NCBI GenBank assembly: GCA_963745035.1
Contig: CAVUVW010000027.1
Location: 256,001-320,000, forward strand
Direction of reading: 5' to 3'
Source: an uncultured delta proteobacterium
Lineage (GTDB): Bacteria > Desulfobacterota > Binatia > UBA9968
DNA length: 64,000 bases
Below, piece after piece: positions 21,397 to 30,235 of this stretch (within the stretch, counting starts at the first letter, position 1; each line of letters begins with the position of its first letter). A program made the translations under genes and the position numbers. Under the pieces are notes generated by a model that was not told the origin of the DNA, searched no databases, and was given only the letters and a program-made list of their open reading frames with translations.

Positions 21397-21418
21397 CAGG
21401 CAGAATTTGCGAAATAGA

Positions 21419-22426
21419 ATGTTCGCCCGTTCTTTTGTAACCATTCGTTTTTTCGCATCGGTTTGGTTGTTTTGTGCCAATGCGGCGTGGGGCGCCACCT
21501 CGGAGTTGATCGAAGGCGCTAAGCGCGAGCGCGAATTGGTGCTGTACGCTTCGCTGACCATCGAAGAAGCCAATGTCCTCCTGCCAAAATTCGAGGCGAA
21601 ATATCCCTTCCTGAAAGTTCAGTTCGTGCGCTCCGGCAGCGAAAGATTGTTGACGCGCGTGCTCGCCGAAGCGCGCGCGAAGAAGAGCTTCGCCGACGTG
21701 ATTCAGACCGTCGAGTTCAGCATGCACACGTTGAAGGTCAAAGGGATCCTGGGCCGCTATCAACCGGCCGAGGCCGGGGTTTACCCGAAGGATTTCAAGG
21801 AAGAAGATTTCTGGACGACGTTCTACTACCATCCGTACGTCGTCGCCTACAACAAAAAGCTTCTGCCGCAAGCGAATGTGCCAAAAACCTACCAGGATCT
21901 TTTACTGCCTGTGTGGAAAAACAAAATGATGATGGAGGGGACCAAGGTCGATTGGTTCGCCGGCATGCTGCAAATCATGGGCAGGGAAAGCGGCACGCAG
22001 TTCATGCGCGCGCTGGCGAAGCAAGATATCCTGCAGCGCACCGGCCATAGTCTGATCGCACAGCTGGTCGCGGCCGGAGAGGCCGTCTTCGATATCAATA
22101 TTCCGGTGGCGTCGGTCAATCGATTACGCGACGCCGGGGCGCCGATCGATTGGGTTGCGCTTGGTCCGGTGCCGGCGATCATGGTCGGAGCGGGAATCAC
22201 CGCGCAGCCGCTCCATCCGAATACCGCGCGCCTCTATATCGATTTCATCTTGTCCAAGGAAGGCCAGGCGATCATGCGCGGATTTCATCGGCTTTCGGCG
22301 CGCACGGACCTAGCGCACGAGCAAGCCGCGCTGCGAAAGGATTTGAGCATCGTGCCGGTGAATCCCAATCTCGCCGATCATATCGAGGAATACACCAAGC
22401 TGTTGCGCGAGACGTTTTCGAAGTAG
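21419..22426 (+). CDS. ABC extracellular solute-binding protein (AfuA/thiamine-like)
   Basis: Signal peptide; LIEGAKRE.ELVLY, PKTY.DLL.P.WK and HPN.ARL..DF.LS.EGQ motifs. Confidence 0.85.
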   Translation: MFARSFVTIRFFASVWLFCANAAWGATSELIEGAKRERELVLYASLTIEEANVLLPKFEAKYPFLKVQFVRSGSERLLTRVLAEARAKKSFADVIQTVEFSMHTLKVKGILGRYQPAEAGVYPKDFKEEDFWTTFYYHPYVVAYNKKLLPQANVPKTYQDLLLPVWKNKMMMEGTKVDWFAGMLQIMGRESGTQFMRALAKQDILQRTGHSLIAQLVAAGEAVFDINIPVASVNRLRDAGAPIDWVALGPVPAIMVGAGITAQPLHPNTARLYIDFILSKEGQAIMRGFHRLSARTDLAHEQAALRKDLSIVPVNPNLADHIEEYTKLLRETFSK

Positions 22427-22471
22427 GAATGACGACGGATAGTTGACTACGAAGGGCACGAAGGCTCGATA

Positions 22472-22498
22472 TAGAGGCGGGTTGAAACCCGCCCCTAC
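22472..22498. repeat. GTAG-type REP palindrome
   Basis: TAGAGGCGGGTTGAAACCCGCCCCTAC; reads GTAGGGGCGGG-loop-CCCGCC on the minus strand. Confidence 0.65.
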
Positions 22499-22551
22499 GA
22501 AGTGCGGTGTATCGCCGCCGGGATTTAGATTTTCCATTCAGGGAGATATTC

Positions 22552-23271
22552 ATGAAAACTGATTTGTCTTTGGCGCGCAAAGTGGCGTTGTCCTGCCGTA
22601 TTCTCGCCAAGCTCGGCATGTTCAAAGAGACCACCGGCCATGTGAGCGCGCGTCTTGGAAACGCCCACATGCTCATCCGCGGCCGCGGACCGAAGGAGAC
22701 TGGGCTGCTTTTCACAAAGTCGAGCGACGTCCTAGTCGCCGATCTCGACGGGCGCAATCAGGACAAAAAAGCCGGGCTCAAGCCGCCCAACGAAGCTGTC
22801 ATCCACGGTGAAATCTACAAAGCGCGACCGCATGCGGCGGCCGTCGTCCACGCTCATCCGCCGTCCGTGGTGCTTTGCAGTATGGCCGGCATCGAGCTCA
22901 GGCCGATTTTTGGCGGCTACGATCCCAACAGCATGCGGCTTGCGCTGAAGGGGATCCCTGTCTATCCGCGCACTCTCACCTTGAATACCGTCGAGCAGGT
23001 TCATGCGATGCAGAAGGTGATGGGGGAGAGCGATATTTGTGTTTTACGCGGTCACGGGTTGATCGTCGCCGGCGCCAGTGTGGAGCACGCGACGTTGACG
23101 GCGATTAAGTTGGACACCTTGGCAAAGATGAATCTCCAGGCAGCGTCGCTGGGAAAAGTTCCATCCATTCCGGACGAAGACATCACTGAATTCAACAATC
23201 GCGACGGAAAGGGCAACAGCTCGGTGGAGGGTTTGTGGAGGTACTATTGCGAGTGGCTGGTGAAAGGCTGA
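22552..23271 (+). CDS. Class II aldolase/adducin family protein, 3,4-dihydroxyphthalate decarboxylase (PhtC/PadC)-like
   Basis: GHVSAR, IRGRGPKETGLLFT, PPNE..IH, VVHAHPP, RPIFGGYD, GIPVYPR and LRGHG motifs. Confidence 0.8.
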   Translation: MKTDLSLARKVALSCRILAKLGMFKETTGHVSARLGNAHMLIRGRGPKETGLLFTKSSDVLVADLDGRNQDKKAGLKPPNEAVIHGEIYKARPHAAAVVHAHPPSVVLCSMAGIELRPIFGGYDPNSMRLALKGIPVYPRTLTLNTVEQVHAMQKVMGESDICVLRGHGLIVAGASVEHATLTAIKLDTLAKMNLQAASLGKVPSIPDEDITEFNNRDGKGNSSVEGLWRYYCEWLVKG

Positions 23272-23332
23272 TCCTTGCAACCGTATTCGGCAGATGGTTA
23301 GGTGATCGAAATCTTTGCGCCCGGGGAGCCTC

Positions 23333-24259
23333 ATGAACGTTCACCGTCGAACTGTAATTAAGGCTGGACTCACGTTAGGCGCCGGCATGATGCTGCGGCC
23401 TGACGCAATTTTTGCTCAATCCCAATCTCTGCTCCAGAAGAAAATCCCCTCATCGGGCGAAAGCATCCCGATCATCGGCATCGGCACGGCGCGCCGCTAC
23501 GAAGATGTCAAAAACGATGCGGAGAAAGGTCCGCTGCGGGAAACGATCCGGCAGTTCCAAGCGCTTGGCGGCAAGGTGATTGACAGCTCGCCGTCCTACG
23601 GCACGGCGGAAGCAGTGGTGGGCGAGCTGGCGGACGGACTCAAAGTGGGCGACTCGCTTTTTCTCGCGACCAAAGTCAGCCTGCGTAACGTCGGTCGCGA
23701 AGAAGGGATCAAACAGATTGAAGAGTCGTTCAAAAAACTACGCACGAGCAAGATCGATCTAATCGCGGTACACAATCTGCGCGATACCGACACCCAACTG
23801 CGCACTTTGCGCGAGATGAAGAAAGCCGGGCGCATCCGCTACGTCGGCGTGACCACTTCGTTCGACAATCAGTACGGGGAATTCGAGCAGGTGATGAAGA
23901 AAGAAACCCTCGACTTCATCCAGGTCGACTATGCGCTCGACAATCGGGATGCCGGCGAGCGCATCATTCCGCTCGCCGGCGACCGCGGCATGGCGGTGAT
24001 GATCAATCTGCCGTTCGGGCGCGGGCGCTTATTCAAGGCGGTCCAGGGCAAGAAGCTGCCCGAATGGGCGAGCGAGTTCGATTGTCAGTCGTGGCCGCAA
24101 TTTTTTCTCAAGTACATCGTGTCTCACTCGGCGATCACCTGCGCGGTTCCCGGCATGGCGCGCCCAGAGTACGTCGTCGACAACCTGGGTGCAGCGCGCG
24201 GCCGTCTGCCCGACGGCGCCATGCGGCGCAAGATGGAGCAGTTCATCGACGGTGTTTGA
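23333..24259 (+). CDS. Aldo/keto reductase with Tat-like signal peptide
   Basis: N-terminal HRRTVIK plus hydrophobic stretch; IGIGT, DSSPSYG.AE, ATK, DLIAVHN and GRIRYVG motifs. Confidence 0.88.
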   Translation: MNVHRRTVIKAGLTLGAGMMLRPDAIFAQSQSLLQKKIPSSGESIPIIGIGTARRYEDVKNDAEKGPLRETIRQFQALGGKVIDSSPSYGTAEAVVGELADGLKVGDSLFLATKVSLRNVGREEGIKQIEESFKKLRTSKIDLIAVHNLRDTDTQLRTLREMKKAGRIRYVGVTTSFDNQYGEFEQVMKKETLDFIQVDYALDNRDAGERIIPLAGDRGMAVMINLPFGRGRLFKAVQGKKLPEWASEFDCQSWPQFFLKYIVSHSAITCAVPGMARPEYVVDNLGAARGRLPDGAMRRKMEQFIDGV

Positions 24260-24283
24260 AGTACGAAGACGCGCGGGTGAAGA

Positions 24284-25621
24284 GTGAGCGGTGAGCCGGG
24301 GGAGGCGTCCGGCGTTCCTGAGCCCGGCGGCTTAGCGCACCGTTTGCTAAGCCGTTTCATCGAAGTGCGTCCCGCCGAGCTGCGCGCTTTAGGCTGGGCG
24401 TGGCTCTACATATTCTCAGTTCTTTTTTCCTATTACATTCTACGGCCGATCCGCGATGAAATGGGCGTGGCCGGCGGAGTGGAGAATCTCCAGTGGCTCT
24501 TCACCGGCACCTTGCTCGGCATGATCGCGGTCAATCCGCCGTTTGCCGCTCTGGTGTCGCGCTTGTCACGGACGGCCTTTATCTCCATCACCTACCGGTT
24601 TTTCCTTGCCAATCTGCTGCTTTTTGCCGTGCTTCTGCACGTCGCGAGCGCCGAGCAGAATATCTGGATCGGCCGGATGTTTTTCATTTGGGCGTCTATT
24701 TTTAATCTCTTCGTGGTCTCGGTTTTTTGGGCCTTGATGGTCGATGTGTTCAACGCCGAGCAGGGGAAACGGCTATTCGGCTTCATCGCTGCGGGCGCGA
24801 CTCTTGGCGGCATCGTCGGTTCGAGCTTGACCGCGGCCCTCGCCACGCAAGTACCGGCCACCTACCTTCTGTTCGGCTCGGCGCTGCTGCTCGAGGCTGC
24901 GGTATTTTGCGTGCGGCGGCTTTCTCGGTTGTCCGCTGCATTGCAGCGACGGCCGGCGACGCTCGGCGACGGCGCGCCCATCGGCGGCTCGGTGTTCGGC
25001 GGTCTCAAGCATGCGCTCGCCTCCCCGTACTTGATCCAGGTGAGCGTGTACATCGTGCTCTTCGCCGTTACGTCGACCTTTCTCTATTTCCAGCAGGCAG
25101 AGATCGCCAGACAAAGCTTTGCCGATCGCGGCGCGCGCACTGCGTTCTTTGCCAGGGTCGATCTGTGGGTGAATGTTCTCACGCTCGGCGCGCAGATCTT
25201 CCTGACCGCGCGCATGCTGCGCTGGGTGGGGGTCGCGGCGACTCTCGGCGCGCTGCCGCTGATCAGCATGATCGGCTTCGGAACTTTGGCGCTCCTGCCG
25301 ACGATCGCCGTTCTGGTCGCCTATCAGGTGCTCCGGCGCGCCGGCAATTTCGCTTTTGCGCGGCCGACACGCGAAGTTCTGTTCACTGTCGTGCCGCGCG
25401 AAGACAAATACAAAGCCAAGAGCTTCATCGACACGGTGGTCTACCGGCTCGGCGATCAAGTCGGCGCCTGGTCCTACGCCGGATTGGGTCTACTGGGATT
25501 GGCGCTGGCCGGTATCGCCTGGGTTGCGGTGCCGCTGTCGCTGGTTTGGCTGATGAACGCGCTGTGGCTTGGTAGGAGGCAGAATTCACTCCAAGCGAAG
25601 CAGGCCGCGGAATCGAGTTGA
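24284..25621 (+). CDS. MFS transporter, NTP/NDP-exchange (NTT/TLC)-like family
   Basis: YYILRPIRDEMG, FWALMVDVF..EQGKRLFG and RP.RE.LF..V.RE.KYKAK.FID..VYR.GD motifs. Confidence 0.85.
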   Translation: MSGEPGEASGVPEPGGLAHRLLSRFIEVRPAELRALGWAWLYIFSVLFSYYILRPIRDEMGVAGGVENLQWLFTGTLLGMIAVNPPFAALVSRLSRTAFISITYRFFLANLLLFAVLLHVASAEQNIWIGRMFFIWASIFNLFVVSVFWALMVDVFNAEQGKRLFGFIAAGATLGGIVGSSLTAALATQVPATYLLFGSALLLEAAVFCVRRLSRLSAALQRRPATLGDGAPIGGSVFGGLKHALASPYLIQVSVYIVLFAVTSTFLYFQQAEIARQSFADRGARTAFFARVDLWVNVLTLGAQIFLTARMLRWVGVAATLGALPLISMIGFGTLALLPTIAVLVAYQVLRRAGNFAFARPTREVLFTVVPREDKYKAKSFIDTVVYRLGDQVGAWSYAGLGLLGLALAGIAWVAVPLSLVWLMNALWLGRRQNSLQAKQAAESS

Positions 25622-25760
25622 TGGCCCGATCGTGCCATCGATCCTGATGGTTCGCACCGCATGCGCCTCCGGCGAACAATCTAGGCTGTTCGCCCGATTC
25701 CTCCTCCGGTTTTGTCTCGATTTGAATAGCGCGCGCGAGAGCTTTAATAGTTTTCAGTGA

Positions 25761-26012
25761 GTGAAGATCATCATTGATATCGGATTGGACATTTACACTC
25801 GGTTGTTGGAAAAACTCGACGTCGCCGGGCAAGAATTCAAGAGCCTCAAGCAAGACTTCGTGGTCATGGGAGGCCAGAAATCGGAAGGCGGCGAACTTCG
25901 TCTTACGGTCGTCGGCGATTTAGAGAAAGCCAAAACTCTGCTCGAGTTCGCGATGCGCAATCTGCCTGAAGCCGCGCCTTCCATTGCCAGCGCGATCAAC
26001 AGGGTGTCGTAA
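25761..26012 (+). CDS. Small hypothetical protein (83 aa)
   Basis: Clean ORF with protein-like composition filling the intergenic space. Confidence 0.55.
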   Translation: MKIIIDIGLDIYTRLLEKLDVAGQEFKSLKQDFVVMGGQKSEGGELRLTVVGDLEKAKTLLEFAMRNLPEAAPSIASAINRVS

Positions 26013-26060
26013 ATTCGTCTGGCGGGAAAGAATCGGCGGAGCTGGATTCGGCGGGCCCGA

Positions 26061-26597
26061 CTAGCCTTTGGCGGCGGTGAGCTCGATGTCGATATTTTCT
26101 TCTCGTTGGATTTCGCTAAAGCGCTGGCGCAACTGATTGATGTTGGTGCGCGTCGGCACCGCGAGATTCGCTTCGAGCTGAAAAATCGGCGTGCCGCTCA
26201 CCGGCGCGGAATAGGTCCTGGTTTCCATCGATTCGATGTTCACCCCGGCGCCGCTCAGGACCGCGCTGATCTGGTAGACGATGCCGGGATGATCCATGCA
26301 GGAAGCCGTGAGCCTGTAGGGTAGAAACGACGGCGGCGCGCTGCGGGTGGACGGCGTCTTGATGGAGATCGCAAGGCCGGTCTCGGTCTCGATCTCGCGA
26401 TAGTCGCGGCCGATTTTCACCAGATTGGCGCTCTCGCCGCTGATCAAAACGATCACCGCGAACTCGCCGCAAAACACCGCCATCTTGCTGTCTTCGATGT
26501 TGCAGCCGCGGCGCGAGATGAACTCGGCGATTTTTTGCACCAGCCCGACCTGGTCCGGTCCGACCGCGGTGAGAATCAAATGTTCTTTGTCGGCCAT
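26061..26597 (-). CDS. GcvR-like double ACT-domain protein
   Basis: LTAVGPD..GLV, GCNIEDS.M, DHPGIV and NIESM.T motifs. Confidence 0.85.
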   Translation of the reverse strand: MADKEHLILTAVGPDQVGLVQKIAEFISRRGCNIEDSKMAVFCGEFAVIVLISGESANLVKIGRDYREIETETGLAISIKTPSTRSAPPSFLPYRLTASCMDHPGIVYQISAVLSGAGVNIESMETRTYSAPVSGTPIFQLEANLAVPTRTNINQLRQRFSEIQREENIDIELTAAKG

Positions 26598-26616
26598 GGC
26601 AATAAGAGTAGAAGAC

Positions 26617-26652
26617 TCGTTCAAATCGTTCAAGCCGTTCAAATCGTTCAAA
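26617..26652. repeat. 9-bp tandem repeat x4 (YCGTTCAAR)
   Basis: tcgttcaaa tcgttcaag ccgttcaaa tcgttcaaa. Confidence 0.8.
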
Positions 26653-26675
26653 ACGTCGGACCGACTACGCGGGTT

Positions 26676-26765
26676 TGGAGTGATGGAGAACTGGAGTGTT
26701 GGAGTAGTGGGTCGGAAAACTTCCGAAAACCATCACTCCGTTACTCCAATACTCCATCACTCCAA
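26676..26765. repeat. Inverted array of 8-bp units (TGGAGTRN x4 ... ACTCCA-type x4)
   Basis: tggagtga tggagaac tggagtgt tggagtag ... catcactccgttactccaatactccatcactccaa. Confidence 0.8.
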
Positions 26766-26780
26766 TTCTTCACCAGTGTG

Positions 26781-28077
26781 TCACGCGGCGAAGAATCCGT
26801 TCATGATCGCGTCGCGCCAGAGTTTCGCCACCGGCGGGACGATGCCTTGCGGCAGTTTGTCATCGGTCCAACTCCAGGAGTGGACCCCGGCGCCGAGGGA
26901 AATCGCGCGGACTGTGGGGACCGGGTCGAGCTGGGCAAACAGCGGCAGGGAACGGTGGCATCGCTGTAGGGTAACGGTATCGTCATTGATGCCGTGAATC
27001 GAGAGAAAATTCGGCACCGGCTTGACGCCGGGCCCGGTCATCTCGCGAGTGTAGCCCAAATATTCTTGCACCAGTGCGTCGCTGTCTCGATGGGATAGCT
27101 TTAAGCGTTCGGCCGAGACTCTTGCGGCGGCTTCCAAGGCCTTGGTGGAATTTTTGTGAATGAAATCTTCCGCCTTGAAATTGGGGCGCTTCTTGGCGCT
27201 CTCCCAGCGCTCGAAGGTCAGCTCGATCAGCATCGGCAGTCCGATGCCTTTGTCTTTCATGCCCTCGTACATGTAACGGGCGGTGTCGCGCCAGGTGCGC
27301 AGGCGCAGTTGATGGAACGGAAACTCCCAGTCGTCGCCGCTCACCAGCGGATACATCCGGCCGAAAGGCGAGCTGCCGTAGCCGAGTAGACCGGCGATAT
27401 TAGCCACGCGCTGGGATGCCATCATCGCAAACGGCCCGCCGGTGGAATGGCCGTGCATATAAATCGAGAACTCGTTTTCGGGAAATTGCCGCCGGGCGGT
27501 TTCTTTGACCGCCGCTTCGAAAGCGGCGGGCCACGCGGCCATGCGGTAGAAGAATTCCGTGTCTTCCCTTCGCCGAAAGCGAAACCAAGGTCCCGTACTC
27601 CTCGCGCTTCGATGTGTCCTGGACGATCGTGTACTGATCCTTGGTGATGCGCGTCTCTTTGCTCCAGAGCGGCGTGCGCGCGGTGCCGTCGTCGTATTCC
27701 ACATCGCCGGGCCAGTCCCGGCTCGCATCCAGAAAGTAAAAGCGTCCGGGAAAGGTCATGGTGGCGACTTTGACGGCGAACTTCGACGCCAAAGTTTTGG
27801 CGATGCGCTCGACGGACTTGAAGTCGGACACGCCGCCGTGCAGCAGAAACACGCCGACTTTCTTGTCATCCGGGCCGACGGGTATTTTGTTTTTGTCTTG
27901 CGGCTCATAAATCACTGCGCCGATATCCCATTCCATTGCCAAGACTTGGATGCGGAAAATATCTTCCGTGATGACGATCGGTTGATCCGGCAAAGCGAGG
28001 ACCTGCTCGTTCAGCTCCAAAACTTCCGGCAGCGCAACGGCCGCGGGCGGCTCCCATGTGGATCGATTGGCTATCAC
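26781..28077 (-). CDS. Uncharacterised alpha/beta-hydrolase, frameshift near 27570
   Basis: LLHGG oxyanion motif, GHSTG nucleophile elbow, HGINDDTV and GVH; RBS AAAGGAG before GTG 28077. Confidence 0.7.
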
Positions 28078-28105
28078 GACTTCTCCTTTCGTGGCGCTCT
28101 TTCGC

Positions 28106-30025
28106 TCAGCGCCGCTCCGCCAGCGATTCAAACAGCGCGCGGCCGGTGGCATGTTTGGGTTTGGGGACGTTGAGCAGCCCCGCGAGGGTAGGCGCAAAGT
28201 CGATGATGCGCACGTCGCTGAGCTTCTGCCCGGCGCGGATGCCCGGACCGTTGAAAACCATCAACGTTCGCATGGCGGCTTGCTCCGGGTCGGCGCCGTG
28301 ATTGCCGTAGGGCGGAGCCTCGCTGATGAGCGCGCCGGGCGCGATGCGCGGATCGAAGTCGTAGCCGGGCGTGAGCTCGATGTAAACATCGCCGCCCACC
28401 GCGCCGCCGACGCCCAACGCTTCTCCCTCCGCTGCGGCATCGTAAACCGAGCGGACCACCGGGCGCTCGCCATCGCGGAGCGCCAGAAAAATTTCCCGGA
28501 TGCGGCGGACGATCTCGGCGCGCTGCTCGTCCTCGACGATGCCGCCTTTTCGGTCCTTCGAGTTGATCAGCAGGTAGCCGTTGTTGACCGACGGATAGAG
28601 CACCTTGGTTTTTGCCAGGTCCACTCGCCCCTGGCCGTCGAGGACCAACAGGCCTTCTTGCTGCAAGATCTGATTGAGCGCCACCCGTTTGTGGATGCCC
28701 TGGAGCCCATGATCGGAAATTAACGCGAACAGCGCATCCGCCGGGCGCTTGCCGAGCAGCAAGCCCAAGTGCTCGTCCGCGCTTTGATAGACGCGCTCCA
28801 GCAACGGCCGGAAGCGTTCGGCAAGCTCCGGCTGGTAACTAGGAAGACTTGTGTCGAGGTACCCGCGCCAGAGATGCTCGGCTTCATCAGGAAAAGGCGT
28901 GTAGGCGAGGTAGAGATCCCAGGGCAGATTTTCCATCGCCCAGCGGTTGGTTTCCATCAGTTGATGCTGCGCGAAAAGAAGCGTGTCGAGGTAGCGCGCC
29001 TCGGCGCCGCCGCCGCCGCCGTTCGGAATGGTCCGGCCCAGTGCGCCCTGTTGGTAGAGAAGACTCGCGCCGTTGCCGACGAAAGTGCGCACCGTGGGGC
29101 TCGGGACGGCGTCGCCGGGGAGATCGATGGGCAGGTCACGCATCGGCCGGGTGTAGTAAAGAAAAAAATCGCTGCCGTCGGGCTTGAGATCGAAGAGACG
29201 GAAGTAGGCCCTGACCGTTTGATTGCCGACCGTCTTGACCGCAAGCGGCTCGCTCCAGAAAAATTCGCCGCCGGGCCCGGCCGGCAGTGGCTTTGAGCCG
29301 CGCTTTGATCTGGTCGCCGTCGCGTGCGGTCGGCGAGGAACAAGCGTGTCGTAGCCGAGTTGGGCGATCAGCGGGATCGTCGATCAAGCAGGCCGAAGAT
29401 CGGCGATTCGCCGACCGTAAAATGCGATCTCGATCGGCAGGGCATCGCTCGACGGCGCGTTCCGCCAGGGTTCGTCGGCGCTGGTTTGCGAAGAGATTTT
29501 GACGACGATGCCGTCGCGGCCGGCGATCAGAGTATAACCCGAGAAGCGCACAGTTTCTTCGGCGAGCTCGCCGGCAAAGGTCGGAACATGCGCAACGACA
29601 GACTTTTTGCCCGCCCGGCGCGCGGCGGCCCAGATCGTTTCCGCGCTCAGCGGCGCGGAGGAAAACCCGGCAAGGCTTTCGAGAATCGTGAATTGCTCGC
29701 GCGGCGCGCGCGGCACCCGATTGCCGCTGATGCCGCTTACGCGTGGCGGCGCGCCGGTGATTAGCGCGGCAAATCCGGGCGCGGTCTTTGAGGGAAAAAC
29801 CGCTTTAACGTCATCGGCGTAGGCGCCACCTTCGATCAGCTTTGCCAGGTTGGGAAGCTTTCCCTGGCGCGCCATCTCAAGCGCGAAGGCCGGCACCGTG
29901 CCGTCCCATCCGAGCACGATGGCTCGGGTCGGAGACTGGGCGCTGGCGCTGGACGGAACGAACGAAAAAACCAGCGCAAGAACGACGATGAGTGGGCCGG
30001 TTGCGCTTCGAAGGCGTTGGATCAT
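28106..30025 (-). CDS. Alkaline phosphatase superfamily protein (nucleotide pyrophosphatase/phosphodiesterase), frameshifts at about 29150-29420
   Basis: Signal peptide; LGWDG, PSKTAPG..ITG, PDEAEH, ISDHG, GNHG and IDFAPT motifs. Confidence 0.82.
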
Positions 30026-30235
30026 GTAGCGCGGGTGCGATTTTCCGTAGATTTGGCGGTCAATTCGAGCGCAATAACGTGGCCGGTGCGAAAACTTGCT
30101 TTTTCACGATTGGAGAGTAGCCGATGAAGAATCGGAGTGTCAACGCAGAGAAGGTTAAACTTCGCGATTCGACACAGCCGCGCGGATCGGATATGAGCGT
30201 AGCGGTTGTCTCGATACTTTGCCGGAGAACGAGAA

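Noticed and set aside
26617-26765. Possible CRISPR or iteron array
   Set aside because: Units are 8-9 bp with no unique spacers, and there are no cas or rep genes.
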